Source: Eledone cirrhosa
Lineage: Eukaryota
Reading direction: 5' to 3'
Length of the DNA: 64,000 nucleotides
Assembly (NCBI GenBank): GCA_964016885.1
Contig: OZ024744.1
Span: 81,964,001-82,028,000, forward strand
Shown: positions 13,571-31,215 of the stretch, one piece after another
How positions within the stretch are numbered: the stretch's first letter is position 1
How the letters are laid out: each line of letters begins with the position of its first letter
Notes under the pieces: model-generated
Seen by the model: the letters and a program-made list of their open reading frames with translations, nothing else
Databases searched by the model: none
What the model was told of the DNA's origin: nothing
Made by a program: the position numbers and the translations under genes

Positions 13571-16500
13571 TTCTTCTGGTTTCATAATTTCACAATTTTT
13601 TTCCTAATAGAGAGAGAGTCGGTTTCTGACATAGACACAATACTCTCTCATTGGAATTTACACAACATCAACTAGGTAGATTATGAATGCATGTGTAGAT
13701 ATGGATGTTATTGTATGTGTGGATGTGGATGTTTTGAGTTGTATGTGTGGATGTGTATATGCTTTGTATCTGTACATGTGTATATGCAGTTATTAGATGC
13801 AACATTTTTGGAATGTTTTACATATTTTTACTGTTCCATTAATGGTTTGTACTTGTAATTTCCTAACTAGTTGTGTTCTTTCTGTTCCTGTGAAACCCAG
13901 CTTCTCAAGATTTGTATTGAGGCAGTTACTAACATACCCCAGTGCCCCAATAATCACAGGCATAAATCTGAAGGTGTAATCAGGGTGGAGTATCTGCAGA
14001 TTTCTCATCAGTTCTGCATAAATATTCTCCATTTCGCTAATCTTTGATATTATATTGGCATCTGCTGGGCAGCTAATTTCCACTACTGTGCATGCTTTCT
14101 TCTCCCTGTCCCATATCATAATATCTGGTCTGTTATGCCTGCATTTTATTGGCGTTTTTACTGGAACATTCCACCAGTACTCTTTCATATTATGTACATG
14201 GATGTCTTCCACATTGCTGTAGCTTTTAATGTGTTTATTATCGGAGCTATCTTTTTTACGAACTGCATTGTATAGTGTTTTAGCCACTATATCATGCCTC
14301 ATAGATAGATAGTACCGCGATGACATCTTTGGACAGCTGCTGATGACATGGGTGATATCCTCGATGTTAGTTCTGCAGAGTCTGCACTTGTTATCACATC
14401 TAGGTGTTTTGCCTGCATCCCTATCTCTTTTGTGAATCACTTATTTCGTGTTAATCTCCTGTTCTTGGATTGCAAAAGCGTATCCTACAAAGTGGGAGCC
14501 AATATAGCGGTTGTTGGTCCAAGATAGACTACTTTCCTTATCTATATTACTCTCACTCTGGAGCTTCCTGGCAACATATCCGTGCATGATTTTTTGCTGA
14601 TAAGCATGCAGTTTTTCATCCATGGATTCACTGCGATACTGCTGAGCGACTTCCCTGGGTGTGAGTTTTTGATTATCACACAGGGAATATCTCTCAAGGA
14701 GATCCTTCCCAACTCTCATGATCTTATCTGTTTCGTACAGATAGACATGCTCGAGAAACGGGCTCCTACGCTTCGAGATTCGTCGATGTTGTCGGAGAGA
14801 TATGATGCGACATTCAAATGCTGTCTGGACTGATGTTAGGCCTCTGCCTCCCTGCTTACGTTTCAAGTAAAGGCGGTCTATGTCACTGTTGATGTGGAAG
14901 TTTCCGGTGTTGTTTAGTATTTTTCGCGTTCCAACATCAACAGCTCGGATTTCGTCTATCGTCCAATTGAGTATTCCAAACGTTGGTGTTAGGACAGGCA
15001 CATCAAAGACATTGTGAGCCACTGTTTTGTTTTGCGCAGAGAGTTCCGATGACCAGACCTTTCTTAATCGGGTGTAGTATTTCCTGGTTACGCGTATTTC
15101 GTATGTTTTTGTTGTAGTGTAGGAGCATTAGTTCTTTCGGATTTCTCTTAGCCACACTGCATCTTGGTTGAAATTATTCTTTTCACCCCATATTTTGCTC
15201 CAAAAGGAATCTATGTCTTTCTGGGATGGGGTCTCAATGACACTTATTATTTTGTTCTTCATATCTCTATAGACTGATGTTTAGTTTCGTCTGAACCTTT
15301 TATTAAACACTTTTCTCTCATCTAGCTTCTTCAGGTATCGGCGTTTTTCGCTAACAGCTCTGAATTCTTGATTGGGGGTGATCAGCTTATATAGGAGAGT
15401 TCTGGTTCTACTGTTACCAAACATCGTCTCTATTTTATTTTTCACTCTTTGTTGGTGAGGAGTGAGGTTTTTTTGTGTTTGTTTGCATGTAAGGAGCATT
15501 GTCACATAGCCTATGGTCTTTCGTAGATCAGCAATCTTTTTTTCTATTTTAGTTATATATGATAGTATTTTTAGTGGTGTTCTGTTCTTGTTAATATCTC
15601 TGCTATCACCAAGATAATGCTTCACAGACGTTGCTAAGGCATATAAACAGGCATTGATTTGCCAAAATGTTGGGGTTTTTATCCGTCGTAAATATTCATT
15701 CCCTATTTCGTCAATAGCACGTAATATTTCATTATTTTTTTTATTTTTTTTATTAAACATCTTCGTTTTAATACGTTCAGTAAGAGAGATATTTATACAT
15801 GAATTAATTTCTCTCTGGAAGATTTCGTTGCGTGAAATTTTCAATTGTTTATACTTTTGATTATTATCATTATCGCTAGTATTTTCCACAAAAGTCGAGG
15901 TAGACTCGGATGGTACACGTGGTGTAAAATTTCTTCGATTATTATTATTATTATTTCTTCGATTATTATTATTATAGTTGTTTCAAGGCGCTGTTCGACC
16001 TGGCTGATAGGAAGTCTAGAAGCATGGCGACCTGTAGCACGTGTTGTTTGATCCCATGTTTGTTCTGGGAGACTTACAATTAATAATATTTATCTTATTT
16101 TTGCGTTCAACAAACGTCGCTTGTTGGCGTAATTGTTTCGCTGTGAAGTGATTTAGCTCTGGGTGTAGCTTCATTCGTCCCAGTGTAGCTTCATTCTATT
16201 CATATAGCCAACGGACGGATTTTTGTTTGCCATTTTATAACAATTAAATAAATCATTATTAAGTTCGCAACTCCAAGAGAAATGCGATTTATAATTTCGG
16301 TCTCTTCTGTAGCTACAACTGAATAAAGTTTGTTTACCTTTCTTGTTGGTTGTCTTCGATACTTCCTTAATTTTGTTGTTGATGTTGTGTTCAGCCATAC
16401 TGTTTGTAGCAATCCTTGTAAAATGAATTATGTATTTAGTCAGATATCTCTACGAATTCAAATAAAAGTTGTCTTCAGTAGATATAGTTAGAAGAATAAC

Positions 16501-16602
16501 CAGTTATTCAACATGACTCTAGTTGTGGCATTACTGTCGGAGATAGTATTCATCTTAAATTTAATAAATAGTCTCCCACGCCAAAATATGCGACTGATCG
16601 CA
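13571..16602 (-). mobile_element. R4/Dong-type RLE LINE with both ends, RT internally deleted, frameshifted
   Basis: GGRGL motif, CCHC finger CRLC...HVISSC, RPDIMIWD...VVEISCP; colinear with 24998-28782; (TATG)n on both sides. Confidence 0.9.
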
Positions 16603-16869
16603 TGTATGTATGTATGTATGTATGTATGTATGTATGTATGTATGTATGTATGTATGTATGTATGTATGTATGTATGTATGTATGTATGTATGTATGTATG
16701 TATGTATGCGTGTGTGTGGGATGGGTTTTGTGTGTAAACGAGAGAGATAACGAATACAAAAGAAAAAAATGAAGTAAAAATAAAATTGTAACAAAGAAAA
16801 TTCCCCAATAAGTCAGAGACTTCCAAAAGACATTTGTGGAATAATCCCATGAAAAACCACGTTTACCCT

Positions 16870-17400
16870 GAACGTTAAGACAAGTAAGTGCCTCCTCTCA
16901 GTTCTTCTACTCTGATTTATAGGCTTATAATAGGGTTGGTAATGTTGAGCAGCTCACTGATACAGATACGGTCGCTGAGCCGTTTGCCAGTCATAAGTCT
17001 CATGATGTGGTTCAGGAATGTAGAGAGCTTCTTAAGTGACCATGTTGTCCAATTAACGCAGTCAAAACCCTATAACACAACTGATAGGATGTAAGCATCA
17101 AAGATCTCAGCCTTCAACTGATAGGAAACTCGTTTTGGTGTTAGTACTTCCTTGTTCTTGTTGAAATCTGCCCAACCTTGAGTGATGCGATACTGCCCAG
17201 CAACCATCAGACTCAGACCAATTACATCAAGAGCACTCACATTATACGGTCATGTAAAAAGATCAACTCGTGGTGTGAGTAGGTTATATCTGGAAGGAAG
17301 TTTGGCTGGTAAGAGAAGCAGAGGCGGGCAGCCAAAACGATGGCTTGACGTTCAACTTATGGACTGGACTTGATCTTTGCTCTTTAAACTCTGTTGTTGG
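16870..17400. pseudogene. Decayed RTE-clade ORF2 3' fragments in both orientations
   Basis: Plus strand LYGHVKR...LEGSLAGKRSRGGQPKRWLD; minus strand KKLSTF...RLSDRI...ELL. Confidence 0.6.
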
Positions 17401-17465
17401 TGTCGAACTTAGTGGAGAAAAATATCTCATGTTGATACACAGTCTATAACTGGCTGAATTTAGCG

Positions 17466-18830
17466 TCAAAGTAATAATAGGGGTGGTCTGTTCACTCGGA
17501 CAATGTTTGCTTTTCTCGTCCACCTTGCACGCCTGTATAGCTTATCGGGAACAGGTAATGTCCCCAGTAGAATAGCCAGGTAAGGGATTTCTAGAAGATA
17601 TCCATGGATTCTGGACCGTAAGTTCTCCAGAAGAAAAACTGCTACTTGATCGTCTTCGACGCCCAGGGTCGTCACAAGAGCATCGTCGCTTTTCTCCACC
17701 AATACCTCTCTACAGATCGCCAAATTGGATTGTCCTTGGATCGCAGTGTCCGGTTGTTAGAGGGCCGTCAATGTCTGACAATAGTTCATTTGCCTAGCGT
17801 TCCTTCTCGGTCTTTGCTTCACTCAGGATTACAGTTGTGTCAAGGAGACGAGCTGAGGAAATACGTGTCTGGCGACGGCGAGCACAAGTGTTCACTAATA
17901 AGGAAACACTAGAAAAGTCACAGCTTCAGTACATGCTTATGCATAATTAGTCCTCCACGGGTGTTATCAGAAGATGGACAGCCTGTTTATTGGAACGTGT
18001 AACTGCCGGAAAATGAGAAAGGGCAGACATTTCAGTGCGATTAGACGTGGACAAGAACAAGGTGCCGATCAGAGATAATTTCCTCTATGCTTATTTCTGT
18101 GTGAGACGCCCCCTGCTCGTTGTTTCGTCTATCTGGAGATGTTGACAGAACCAGACCTCAAACAACGTAACCAACCTGGTCGTCAAGAGCTCGATGGCGC
18201 TGTTAGACGGCACGGACCTGCTTCTCCAGGGGCCAAGCCTCAGGCCCACCGACTTTTACTGATTAACCTTTGCTGGCGTTACTATCTCGCACTCCCTTAC
18301 AGCGGTGCCAACCACCTCGATGTTTTTGGTGTTCGACAATAATACGATGACGTCGACGTCGCATCGTAGTTTGAAAGGGATGCCGGATCTCTCGCATCGT
18401 AGTTTGAAAGGGATGCCGGATCTCTCGCATCGTAGTTTGAAAGGGATGCCGGATCTCTCGCATCGTAGTTTGAAAGGGATGCCGGATCTCTCGCATCGTA
18501 GTTTGAAAGGGATGCCGGATCTCTCGCATCGTAGTTTGAAAGGGATGCCAGATCTCTCGCATCGTAATTTGAAAGGGATGCCGGATCTCTCGCATCGTAG
18601 TTTGAAAGGGATGCCGGATCTCTCGCATCGTAGTTTGAAAGGGATGCCACATCAGCACCTCAAATTTGTGCAGTAATGACTCAAGGATCAGCACGTATAA
18701 GAGAGACGAAAGCAGGTATCCCTGATAGACCGAACACGATACTGAATGGCATCGATAGGTAGCCATACACTCTGACCACAGAGCAGATGTCGTTGTACAT
18801 TGCATCGATCCATCTCACGAAGACAGGGCC
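17466..18830 (-). pseudogene. Decayed Tx1/L1-clade ORF2 fragment
   Basis: SVYQGYLLSSLLYVLILE (RT QG motif) and DDALVTTLGVEDD, similar to DDALGEALGMEED of the 2912-4144 ORF. Confidence 0.7.
18358..18649. repeat. 33-bp minisatellite, about 9 near-perfect units
   Basis: Unit TCTCTCGCATCGTAGTTTGAAAGGGATGCCGGA, no spacers. Confidence 0.95.
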
Positions 18831-19093
18831 GGGGATGGATCTGTATGGGATGGCGCGTGTCAGCGTCGCTCCGGTCAGACCTCTAACGGCAAACACCAAC
18901 AAGTTTTTGAATTTGAACTGCGATTAGCAGTTATGGGTCTGAAGTTATTTATGTGATCCCCTTGTTCGGGAATCGTACTCACGAGCTAACAATCGTCAGC
19001 CCAGCACACTAACTACTATACCACGCATACAAACATACACACATACGCATAAATACATTCGCGCATACACACGCGCGCGCAAACACATATGTG

Positions 19094-19158
<65 letters not shown>

Positions 19159-19251
19159 GTAGATAGATACACACACTCACATACATGCATACACATACAC
19201 ACACGTGCGCACACACACGTAAACGCACACACACACACACACACGTACACA

Positions 19252-19286
<35 letters not shown>

Positions 19287-19300
19287 GCGCGCACGCACAC

Positions 19301-19336
<36 letters not shown>

Positions 19337-19356
19337 ACACCCACACACCCACACAC

Positions 19357-19444
<88 letters not shown>

Positions 19445-19517
19445 CCACACACACACACACATACACACACGCACGCACACACACACACACACACACACAC
19501 GCACGCACACACACACA

Positions 19518-19564
<47 letters not shown>

Positions 19565-19724
19565 TTAATTTGCTGTAGCACTAAGACAGCATTTAAGCAT
19601 AATAGTGGTGGCCGTATATTAAAACATATATAAACAGATGCACATGAGTATCTACATCAAGTGGCCATAACACAAAATTCTAAATAGACTACAGTTTATT
19701 TCATACCAATATGTTTTGAATGAC

Positions 19725-19771
19725 TGTCACTGATGAAAGATTAACAAATCTTGAAACAGCGTTATCTGATA
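19725..19771 (+). ncRNA. Hammerhead-like motif with imperfect stem III
   Basis: TGTCA-CTGATGA-AAGAT/ATCTT-GAAA-...ATC-TGATA. Confidence 0.5.
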
Positions 19772-19934
19772 TTCTTAGAACATACTAATATCTCTGTAAT
19801 ATATTCATAGAGGAAAATAGATAAAAATGAAAATCTTTTGTTTCGTTTCGCTTCGTTTCATTTCGGCAGTGAGGATACCCATATGTTTATTGTATATAGA
19901 CGTATTATATATATTTATATGTTTTCATATACTA

Positions 19935-20028
<94 letters not shown>

Positions 20029-20163
20029 TATATATTATATATATTATATATTATATTTTATATATTATATATATTATATATTATATATTATATATTATAT
20101 ATTATATATATTATATTATGAAATACTGTGTGCTTCTTGCTCATAATAATTTCTATACTTTTC

Positions 20164-20259
<96 letters not shown>

Positions 20260-20278
20260 TATTTTATTTTATAGAAGG

Positions 20279-20329
20279 AGCTTCTACAGGACTAGTACTG
20301 TTTCATTCAGATGAAATCTTCAGGAAGCT
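20279..20329 (-). ncRNA. Type I hammerhead (U10.1-U11.1) in an inverted-pLTR mini-element (about 20256-20700) within (TA)n
   Basis: Minus strand AGCTTC-CTGAAGA-tTTC atct GAAt-GAAA-CAG tactagtc CTG-TA-GAAGCT; the 3' half recurs inverted at 20580-20632. Confidence 0.8.
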
Positions 20330-20699
20330 GGGTGTCATATTAAGTTCTGGTATTTATACATTTAGGTAGTGGCAAGGGAGGGGTGGTGGATGGGGGTGGG
20401 GGTGGGGGGGGGGATGGTATTTAGATACACAGGACCACTTCATGGCACAGGCCGTTTTTTCTATGGGGAGTGGTCAATTAGCCAGAGTGCTTTTTTGAAA
20501 TAAATAAATAAGTAAATAAATAAATAAATGAATAAATAAATAGATAAATGAATAAATTATCAATTTTTATAAATTATAAATCTGAATGAAACAGTACTAG
20601 TCCTGTAGAAGCTCCTTCTATAAAATAAAAAATGTTTACTCTGCCATGTATTGAGTACCTTACTTACTGTGGTTATCCCCGACTCAACCCGGGACCTAC

Positions 20700-22800
<2,101 letters not shown>

Positions 22801-22810
22801 ATATATATAT

Positions 22811-23709
<899 letters not shown>

Positions 23710-24114
23710 GCGCGCGCGCACGTTTGTGTGTTTGCGCGCGTGTGTCTCTCTGAGTGTGTGTGTACGTCTGTATGTGAGTGTACATATAATCTTTAGGAAT
23801 TTCTTCAAGAACGACAGAGCTCACGTTTATATGAATACTCATTACATATTGATTATTTTAATATGTAGAGAATATATTTATCATCATGGCTTAACTATGG
23901 TAATAAATATACATATATACAAGCAATCATTCACACGCGCACACACACACATACACACACACAGACACGCGCGCACGTACACACATGCGCGCACGCACGC
24001 ACACACACACACATACAAGTATATATATTTTTGTGTATATATAAATGTAATCTGATAATATCATTCGTTTCGTTTGCAATTATGCAAACAAGCCTCAATT
24101 TTATAGCCATGTAC

Positions 24115-24119
<5 letters not shown>

Positions 24120-24153
<34 letters not shown>

Positions 24154-24167
24154 TGTATGTATGTATG

Positions 24168-24198
<31 letters not shown>

Positions 24199-24985
24199 TT
24201 ATATATCTGTGTGTACATACATATATACATGCATACATACATACATGCATATATACATGCATGCATGCATACATACACACATACATGCATGCATGCATAC
24301 ATACACACATACATGCATACATAAACATTCATGCAAACACACATAGATACATGCATACATACATACACCAACACATATATACATGTATACATGCATACAC
24401 ACATAGATACCTACAGTTATACATACATACACACATACATAGACTAAGGTCGACGAAAATACACGCTTACATGCATACATACATACATACATTAATATAT
24501 ACATACATACATTCATATATACACATACATACTTACATTCTTACATTCATGTATACACATACATACATTCATATATACACATACATACATTCATATATAC
24601 ACATACATACATACATTCATATATATACACATATATACACCTATATACATACATACATTCATATATACACATACATACATACATATATACATGCATACAT
24701 ACATACTTACATTCATATATACATTACATACATTCATATATCCACACACACATACATACATTCATATATACACATACATACATTCATACATACATACATA
24801 CATATATACATGCATACATACATACTTACATTCATATATACATTACATACATTCATATATACACACACACATACATACATACATTCATATATACACATAC
24901 ATACATACATACATACATACATAATACATACATACATACATACATACATACATACATACATTTTTTTTTTTATACATACATACAC
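24120..24985. repeat. Degenerate (TACA)n/(TA)n array
   Basis: Direct reading. Confidence 0.9.
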
Positions 24986-24997
24986 TATACAGTCAAC

Positions 24998-27900
24998 GCG
25001 ATCAGTCGCATATTTTGGCGTGGGAGACTATTTATTAAATTTAAGATGAATACTATCTCCGACAGTAATGCCACAACTAAAGTCATGTTGAATAACTGGT
25101 TATTCTTCTAACTATATCTTCTTAAGACACCTTTTATTCGAATTCGTAGAGATATCCGACTAAATACATAACTCATTTTACAAGGTTTTGCTACAAACAG
25201 CATGGCTGAACACAATATCAACAACGAAATTAAGGAAGTATCGAAGACAAATAACAAAGAAGGTAATCAAACTTTATTCAGTTGTAGCTACAGAAGAAAC
25301 CGAAATTATAAATCGCATTTCTCTTGTAGTTGCGAACTTAATAATGATTTATTTAATTGTTATAAAATGGCAAAAAACAATCCCTCTAATGAAGCTACAC
25401 TGGGACGAATGAAGCTACACCTAGAGCTAAATTTTTTCACAGCGAAACAATTACGCCAACAAGCGACGTTTGTTGAACGGAAAAATAAGATAAATATTAT
25501 AACTGTAAGTCCCCCACAACAAACATGGGATCAACAACACGTGCTACAGGTCGCCATGCTACTAGACGTCCTAGCAGCCAGGTCGAACAGCGCCTTGAAA
25601 CAACTATGCCTGTAAGAAACTTGACACCACCTGTACCATCTAAGTCTACCTCGAATGCTGGGGAAAACACTATCAATAATAATAATAATCGAAGAAATAA
25701 TAATAATAATCGAAGAAATTTGACACCACGTATACCATCCGAGTCTACCTCGACTGTTGTGGAAAATACTGTCGATAATGATAATAATGAAAAGTATAAA
25801 CAACTGAACATTTCCCTCAACGAAATCTTCCAGAAAGAAATTAATTCTTGCTGAACGCATGAAAACCACAATGTTTAATAAAAAACCAAATAATGAAATA
25901 TTACGTGTTATTGACGAAATGGGGGATGAATATTTACGACGGATAAAAATACACCCAACATTTTGGCAAATCAACGCCTGTTTATATGCTCTAGCAACGT
26001 CTGTGAAGCATTATCTTGGTGATAGCAGAGATATTAACAAGAACAAAACACCACTAAAAATACCATCATATATAACTAAAATAGAAAAAAAGATTGCTGA
26101 TCTACGAAAGACCATAGGCTATGTGACAATGCTCCTTACATGCAAACAAACACAAAAAAACCTCACTCCTCACCAACAAAGAGTGAAAAATAAAATAGAG
26201 ACGATGTTTGGTAACAGTAGAACCAGAACTCTCCTATATAAGCTGATCACCCCCAATCAAGAATTCAGAGCTGTTAGCGAAAAACGCCGATACCTGAAGA
26301 AGCTAGATGAGAGAAAAGTGCTTAATAAAAGATTTAGACTAAACCAAACATCAGTCTATAGAGATATGAAGAACAAAATAATAAGTGTCACTGAGGCCCC
26401 ATCCCAGCAAGACAGATTCCCTTTGGAGCAAAATATAGGGTGAAAAGAAGAATTGAAACCAAGATGCAGTGTGACTAAGAGAAATCTGAAAGAACTATTG
26501 CTCCTACACTACAACAAAAACATACGAAATAAGTGAGGCTACCCTTGAGACTGTGATATGAAAACTCCAAGATAAGAAAACACCAGGAAGAGACATGATT
26601 GTCGGCTACTGGTAAAAAAAACTGATATTCTATCGGATGTATCTTACTGACCTCTACCAACAAGTTCTTAAGGGAGATACACTTATACCAGAATGGTTGA
26701 CATTAGCACAAACATTACTGGTCCCCAAGTACAAAGACACCCACTTGGCAAAAAACTACCGACCCATTGCATGCCAGAACCTGATGTATAAGATGTATAC
26801 AGCCTGCCTGAACCTATTCCTCCAAGATCACAGTGAAAATAATAACATCATCGCAGATGACCAAGCAGCTCGAAAGAAAGGGGTTTGGGGATGTGCTGAA
26901 CAACTCCTAATTAACAAAACTGCGATGTCGGAGGTGCGACAACTTAGGAGGAATATGGCTACAGTATGGCTGGACTACAGGAAAGCTTTCGATTCTGTTC
27001 CCTACTCTTGGATGATAGAGGCCTCCAAATTGCTAAAGTCCCAGACATCTATCCCCAGTTCTCAAAGGATATAGGAATGGAGTTTGGCCAAGATAAATGC
27101 TCATACATGACTGTAAAGCGAGGAAAAACAACAATCAATCTAGTAACATTATCATCAATGGCCTAACTGTTTCACCGATATCTGATGAGGACTGCTACAG
27201 ATACTTGGGGATAGATGAGAACATATCCTATAATGGTATCTGTAATAAGGAACGCGTAACCAGGGAATACTACACCCGATTAAGAAAGATATGGTCATCG
27301 GAACTCTCTGCGCAAAACAAAACAGTGGCTCACAATGTGTTTGCTGTGCCTGTCCTAACACCAACGTTTGGAATACTCAATTGGACGATAGACGAAATCC
27401 GAGCAGTTGATGTTGGAACTCGAAAAATACTAAACAACACCGGAAACTTCCACATCAACAGTGACATAGACCTCCTTTACTTGAAACGTAAGCAGGGAGG
27501 CAGAGGCCTAATCAGTCCAGACAACATTTGAATGTCGCATCATATCTCTCCGACAACATCTACGAACCTCGAAGCGTAGGAGCCCGTTTCTCGAGCAAGT
27601 CTATCTGCATGAAACAGATAAGATCATGAGAGTCGGGAAGGAACTCCTTGAGAGATATTCCCTGTGTGATAATCAAAAACTCACATCCAGGGAAGTCGCT
27701 CAGCAGTATCGCAGTGAATCCATGGATGAAAAACTGCATGCTTATCAGAAAAAAATCATGCATTGATATGTTGCCAGGAAGCTCCAGAGTGAGAGTAATA
27801 TAGATAAGGAAAGTAGTCTATCTTGGACCAACAACCGCTATATTGGCTCCCACTTTGTAGGATACGCTTTTGCAATCCAAGAACAGGAGATTAACGAAAA

Positions 27901-28782
27901 TCCTGATTCACGAAAGAGATAGGGATGCAGACAAAACACCTAGATGTGATAACAAGTGCAGACTCTGCAGAACTAATATTGAACTAATATTGAGAACTAA
28001 TATTGAGGATATCACCCATGTCATCAACAGCTGTCTAAATATGTCATCGCGGTACTATCTACCTATGAGACATAATGTAGTGGCCAAAACACTGGACAAT
28101 GCAGTTCGTAAAAAAGATAGCCCCGATAATAAACACATTAATAGCTACAGCAATGTGGAAGACATCTATGTACATAATATGAAAGAGTACTGGTGGAATG
28201 TTCCAGTAAAAACCCCAATAAAATGCAGGCATAACAGACCAGATATTATGATATGGGAGAGGGAGAAGAAAGCATGCACAGTAGTGGAAATTAGCTGCCC
28301 AGCAGATGCCAATATAATATCGAAGATTAGCGAAAAGGAGAATATTTATGCAGAACTGATGTGAAATCTGCAGATACTCCACTCTGATTACACCTTCAGA
28401 TTTATGCCTGTGATTATTGGGGCACTGGGGTATGTTAGTAATTGCCTCAATACAAATCTTGTGAAGCTAGGCTTCACAAGAACAGAAAGAACACAACTAG
28501 TTAGGAAATTAATGGAACAGTAAAAATATGTAAAACAATCCTAAAATTTTGCATCTAATGACTGCATATACACATGTACAGATACAAAGCATATACACAT
28601 GCACACGTACAACTCAAAACATCCACATCCACACATACAATATCATCCATATCTACACATCCATGCATACATACATAATCTACCTAGTTGATGTGTAAAT
28701 TCCAATGAGAAAGTCTCTTTTCTATGTTAGAAACCGACTCTCTCTATTGGTAAAAATTTGTGAAATTATAAAACCAGAAGAA
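24998..28782 (+). mobile_element. R4/Dong-type RLE LINE with both ends, pseudogenised, RT motifs 4-5 deleted
   Basis: NYRPIAC and WLDYRKAFDSVP jump directly to IGMEFGQDKC; GGRGL, CCHC, RPD...VEISCP; (TACA)n on both flanks. Confidence 0.9.
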
Positions 28783-29193
28783 CATACATACATACATATA
28801 CACACACATACATACGAACATACATATATAGACTAAGGCCGACGTACATACAATGCGTGTATGTATGCCGTGTGTCGTGGACAAGTAATGCTTCGAATTG
28901 GAACTATTCATGTTGCAGTAGCTGAAAATGAGCGGCGGTAATGCGACAAGTAAAATTACATTCATTTAAATAGAAAAAAGGAAAAAAAAACCCCCAAAAC
29001 AAAACAACCAGCTAGATACCTAATAAATAAATAAATAAATAAATATAAGTGAGATAACTTATAATAAAGACACAACGTAAGAAATTCTTTGAGAAGCTAT
29101 AGGCTGGTCTCATCTCATGAGTATGAAAATAGGAAAAAAAAAAAAATATATATATATACATATATACATATATATATATACACGCACACACAC

Positions 29194-29329
<136 letters not shown>

Positions 29330-29943
29330 TTACAGTATATATATATATAATAATAGTAATACCGACGTAAAGAAAATTGTAGTTAAGTCAGTGAAAACGC
29401 AAATGAGTGAATGAATTTAAGGCGCCATAGCTTCTTTCCAATTCTCAACAGACAATTTCGCTTGTCAACACAGCGTCTCGTCATAGTTATATGATTTTCA
29501 TCCATTTTTTTCTTCTTCTGCTTCGGCACCATTTTAGCATTTATTTATTTATTTATTTATTTAATCATAATCTTCATTTTTTAGTATTTTCATATTTTTT
29601 ATTCCTTCCTTCTCTCTAACGTTATTCACTTTTCTTTTTACTATTATTTTCTTTATTTTTTTTTTTTATCAAACAAACTAATAACCAAGGATATATAATT
29701 CCAAAAGGCAAAGAGAAGACACTGGTTCGATCTCAGCTGGAAGCTAAACTGAACATTACCAATATGTCAGGTGTCTTTTAACGAGTCTGTCTGAGGTGAT
29801 GAATTATAAAGACATTCTAATGAATCAACATCTCCAGAGAGTCACGTAGCTGTCAACATTTATTTCTTCTTAACACTTTTATACTATATATTTTCCTTCT
29901 AATCTTCCTTACTGATTTTCCTTCATTTCTGAACCCACCGAAT

Positions 29944-29996
<53 letters not shown>

Positions 29997-30065
29997 AATC
30001 ATCATCATCATCATTATCGTCACCATCATCATCATCATCATCATCATCCTCACCATCTTCGTCGC

Positions 30066-30097
<32 letters not shown>

Positions 30098-30160
30098 ACA
30101 TCATCATCATCATCATCATCAACATCATCACCATCATCATCATCATCATCGTCGTCGTCG
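29944..30160. repeat. (CAT)n microsatellite
   Basis: Direct reading. Confidence 0.95.
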
Positions 30161-30233
30161 ACGTTGCCACCACTGCTTTATTATCTGCTATATTATCTGC
30201 TTTATCGTAATCATCATCATTATTATCATCATC

Positions 30234-30627
30234 GTGGATTGGCAGTATCGGTAGAGGGTCGGACGCCATGCTTTGACGCATAGAGTTACGGCCCTTGCCA
30301 TTCTGAGTTCAAATCCCGCCGAGGTTAACTTTGCTTTTCATCCTTACGGGGTCAATAAAATAAAGTACCAGTAATACACTGGGTTATTGCTGGCCTTGTG
30401 CCTAAAGTAGAAACAATTATTATCATCATCGTGGGCGGTGAATTGGCAGTATCGGTAGAGGGTCGGACGCCATGCTTTGCAGCAAAGAGTTACGGCCCTT
30501 TATGTTCAGTGTTCAAATCCCGTCGAGGTTAACTTTGCCTTTCATCCTTACGGGGTCGATAAAATAAAGTACCAGTAATGAACTGGGTTAATTGCTGGCT
30601 TTGTGCCTATAGTAGAAACAATTATTA
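30234..30627 (+). mobile_element. Two tandem tRNA-derived SINEs
   Basis: A and B boxes, shared core, GAAACAATTATTAT tail. Confidence 0.9.
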
Positions 30628-30819
30628 TCCTCATTGTCGAAGTTGTCGTCAACATTATCATCAGTTCACCCAACATCCCCTATCTTAACCCCCCCCCCCC
30701 CATCAATACCACCAAATCACCACTATCCGCATTACCACCACAACCACTACAGCATCCACCGACGCCACCTTAGTCGCCGTAACCGCCACCACCTTCACCA
30801 CTGCCGCCACCACTTCTCC

Positions 30820-30890
30820 GTCTTCTTCTTCTTCTTCTTCTTCTTCTTCTTCTTCTTCTTCTTCTTCTTCTTCTTCTTCTTCTTCTTCTT

Positions 30891-30964
<74 letters not shown>

Positions 30965-30968
30965 TCTC
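30820..30968. repeat. (CTT)n-(CTA)n compound microsatellite
   Basis: Direct reading. Confidence 0.95.
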
Positions 30969-31050
30969 CTTTCATAAAATTACAAACTCACGTACACATT
31001 AGCAATCTCATCCCTATTCTTCGGTGTATGTGTGTACATATATTACACAT

Positions 31051-31110
<60 letters not shown>

Positions 31111-31149
31111 ATGTGTAATATATGTACACACACACATACACATACACAA

Positions 31150-31215
<66 letters not shown>

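Noticed and set aside
18358-18649. CRISPR-like 33-bp repeats
   Set aside because: No spacers, no cas genes, eukaryotic context.
19000-19600. CV/HT/YI/MYVC repeat ORFs here and throughout the ORF track
   Set aside because: Translations of (CA)n, (TA)n, (GA)n and (TACA)n microsatellites.
29688-29780. Short protein-like frame GYIIPKGKEKTLVRSQLEAKLNITNMS
   Set aside because: Weak splice signals and no recognisable homology; cannot be supported without transcripts.
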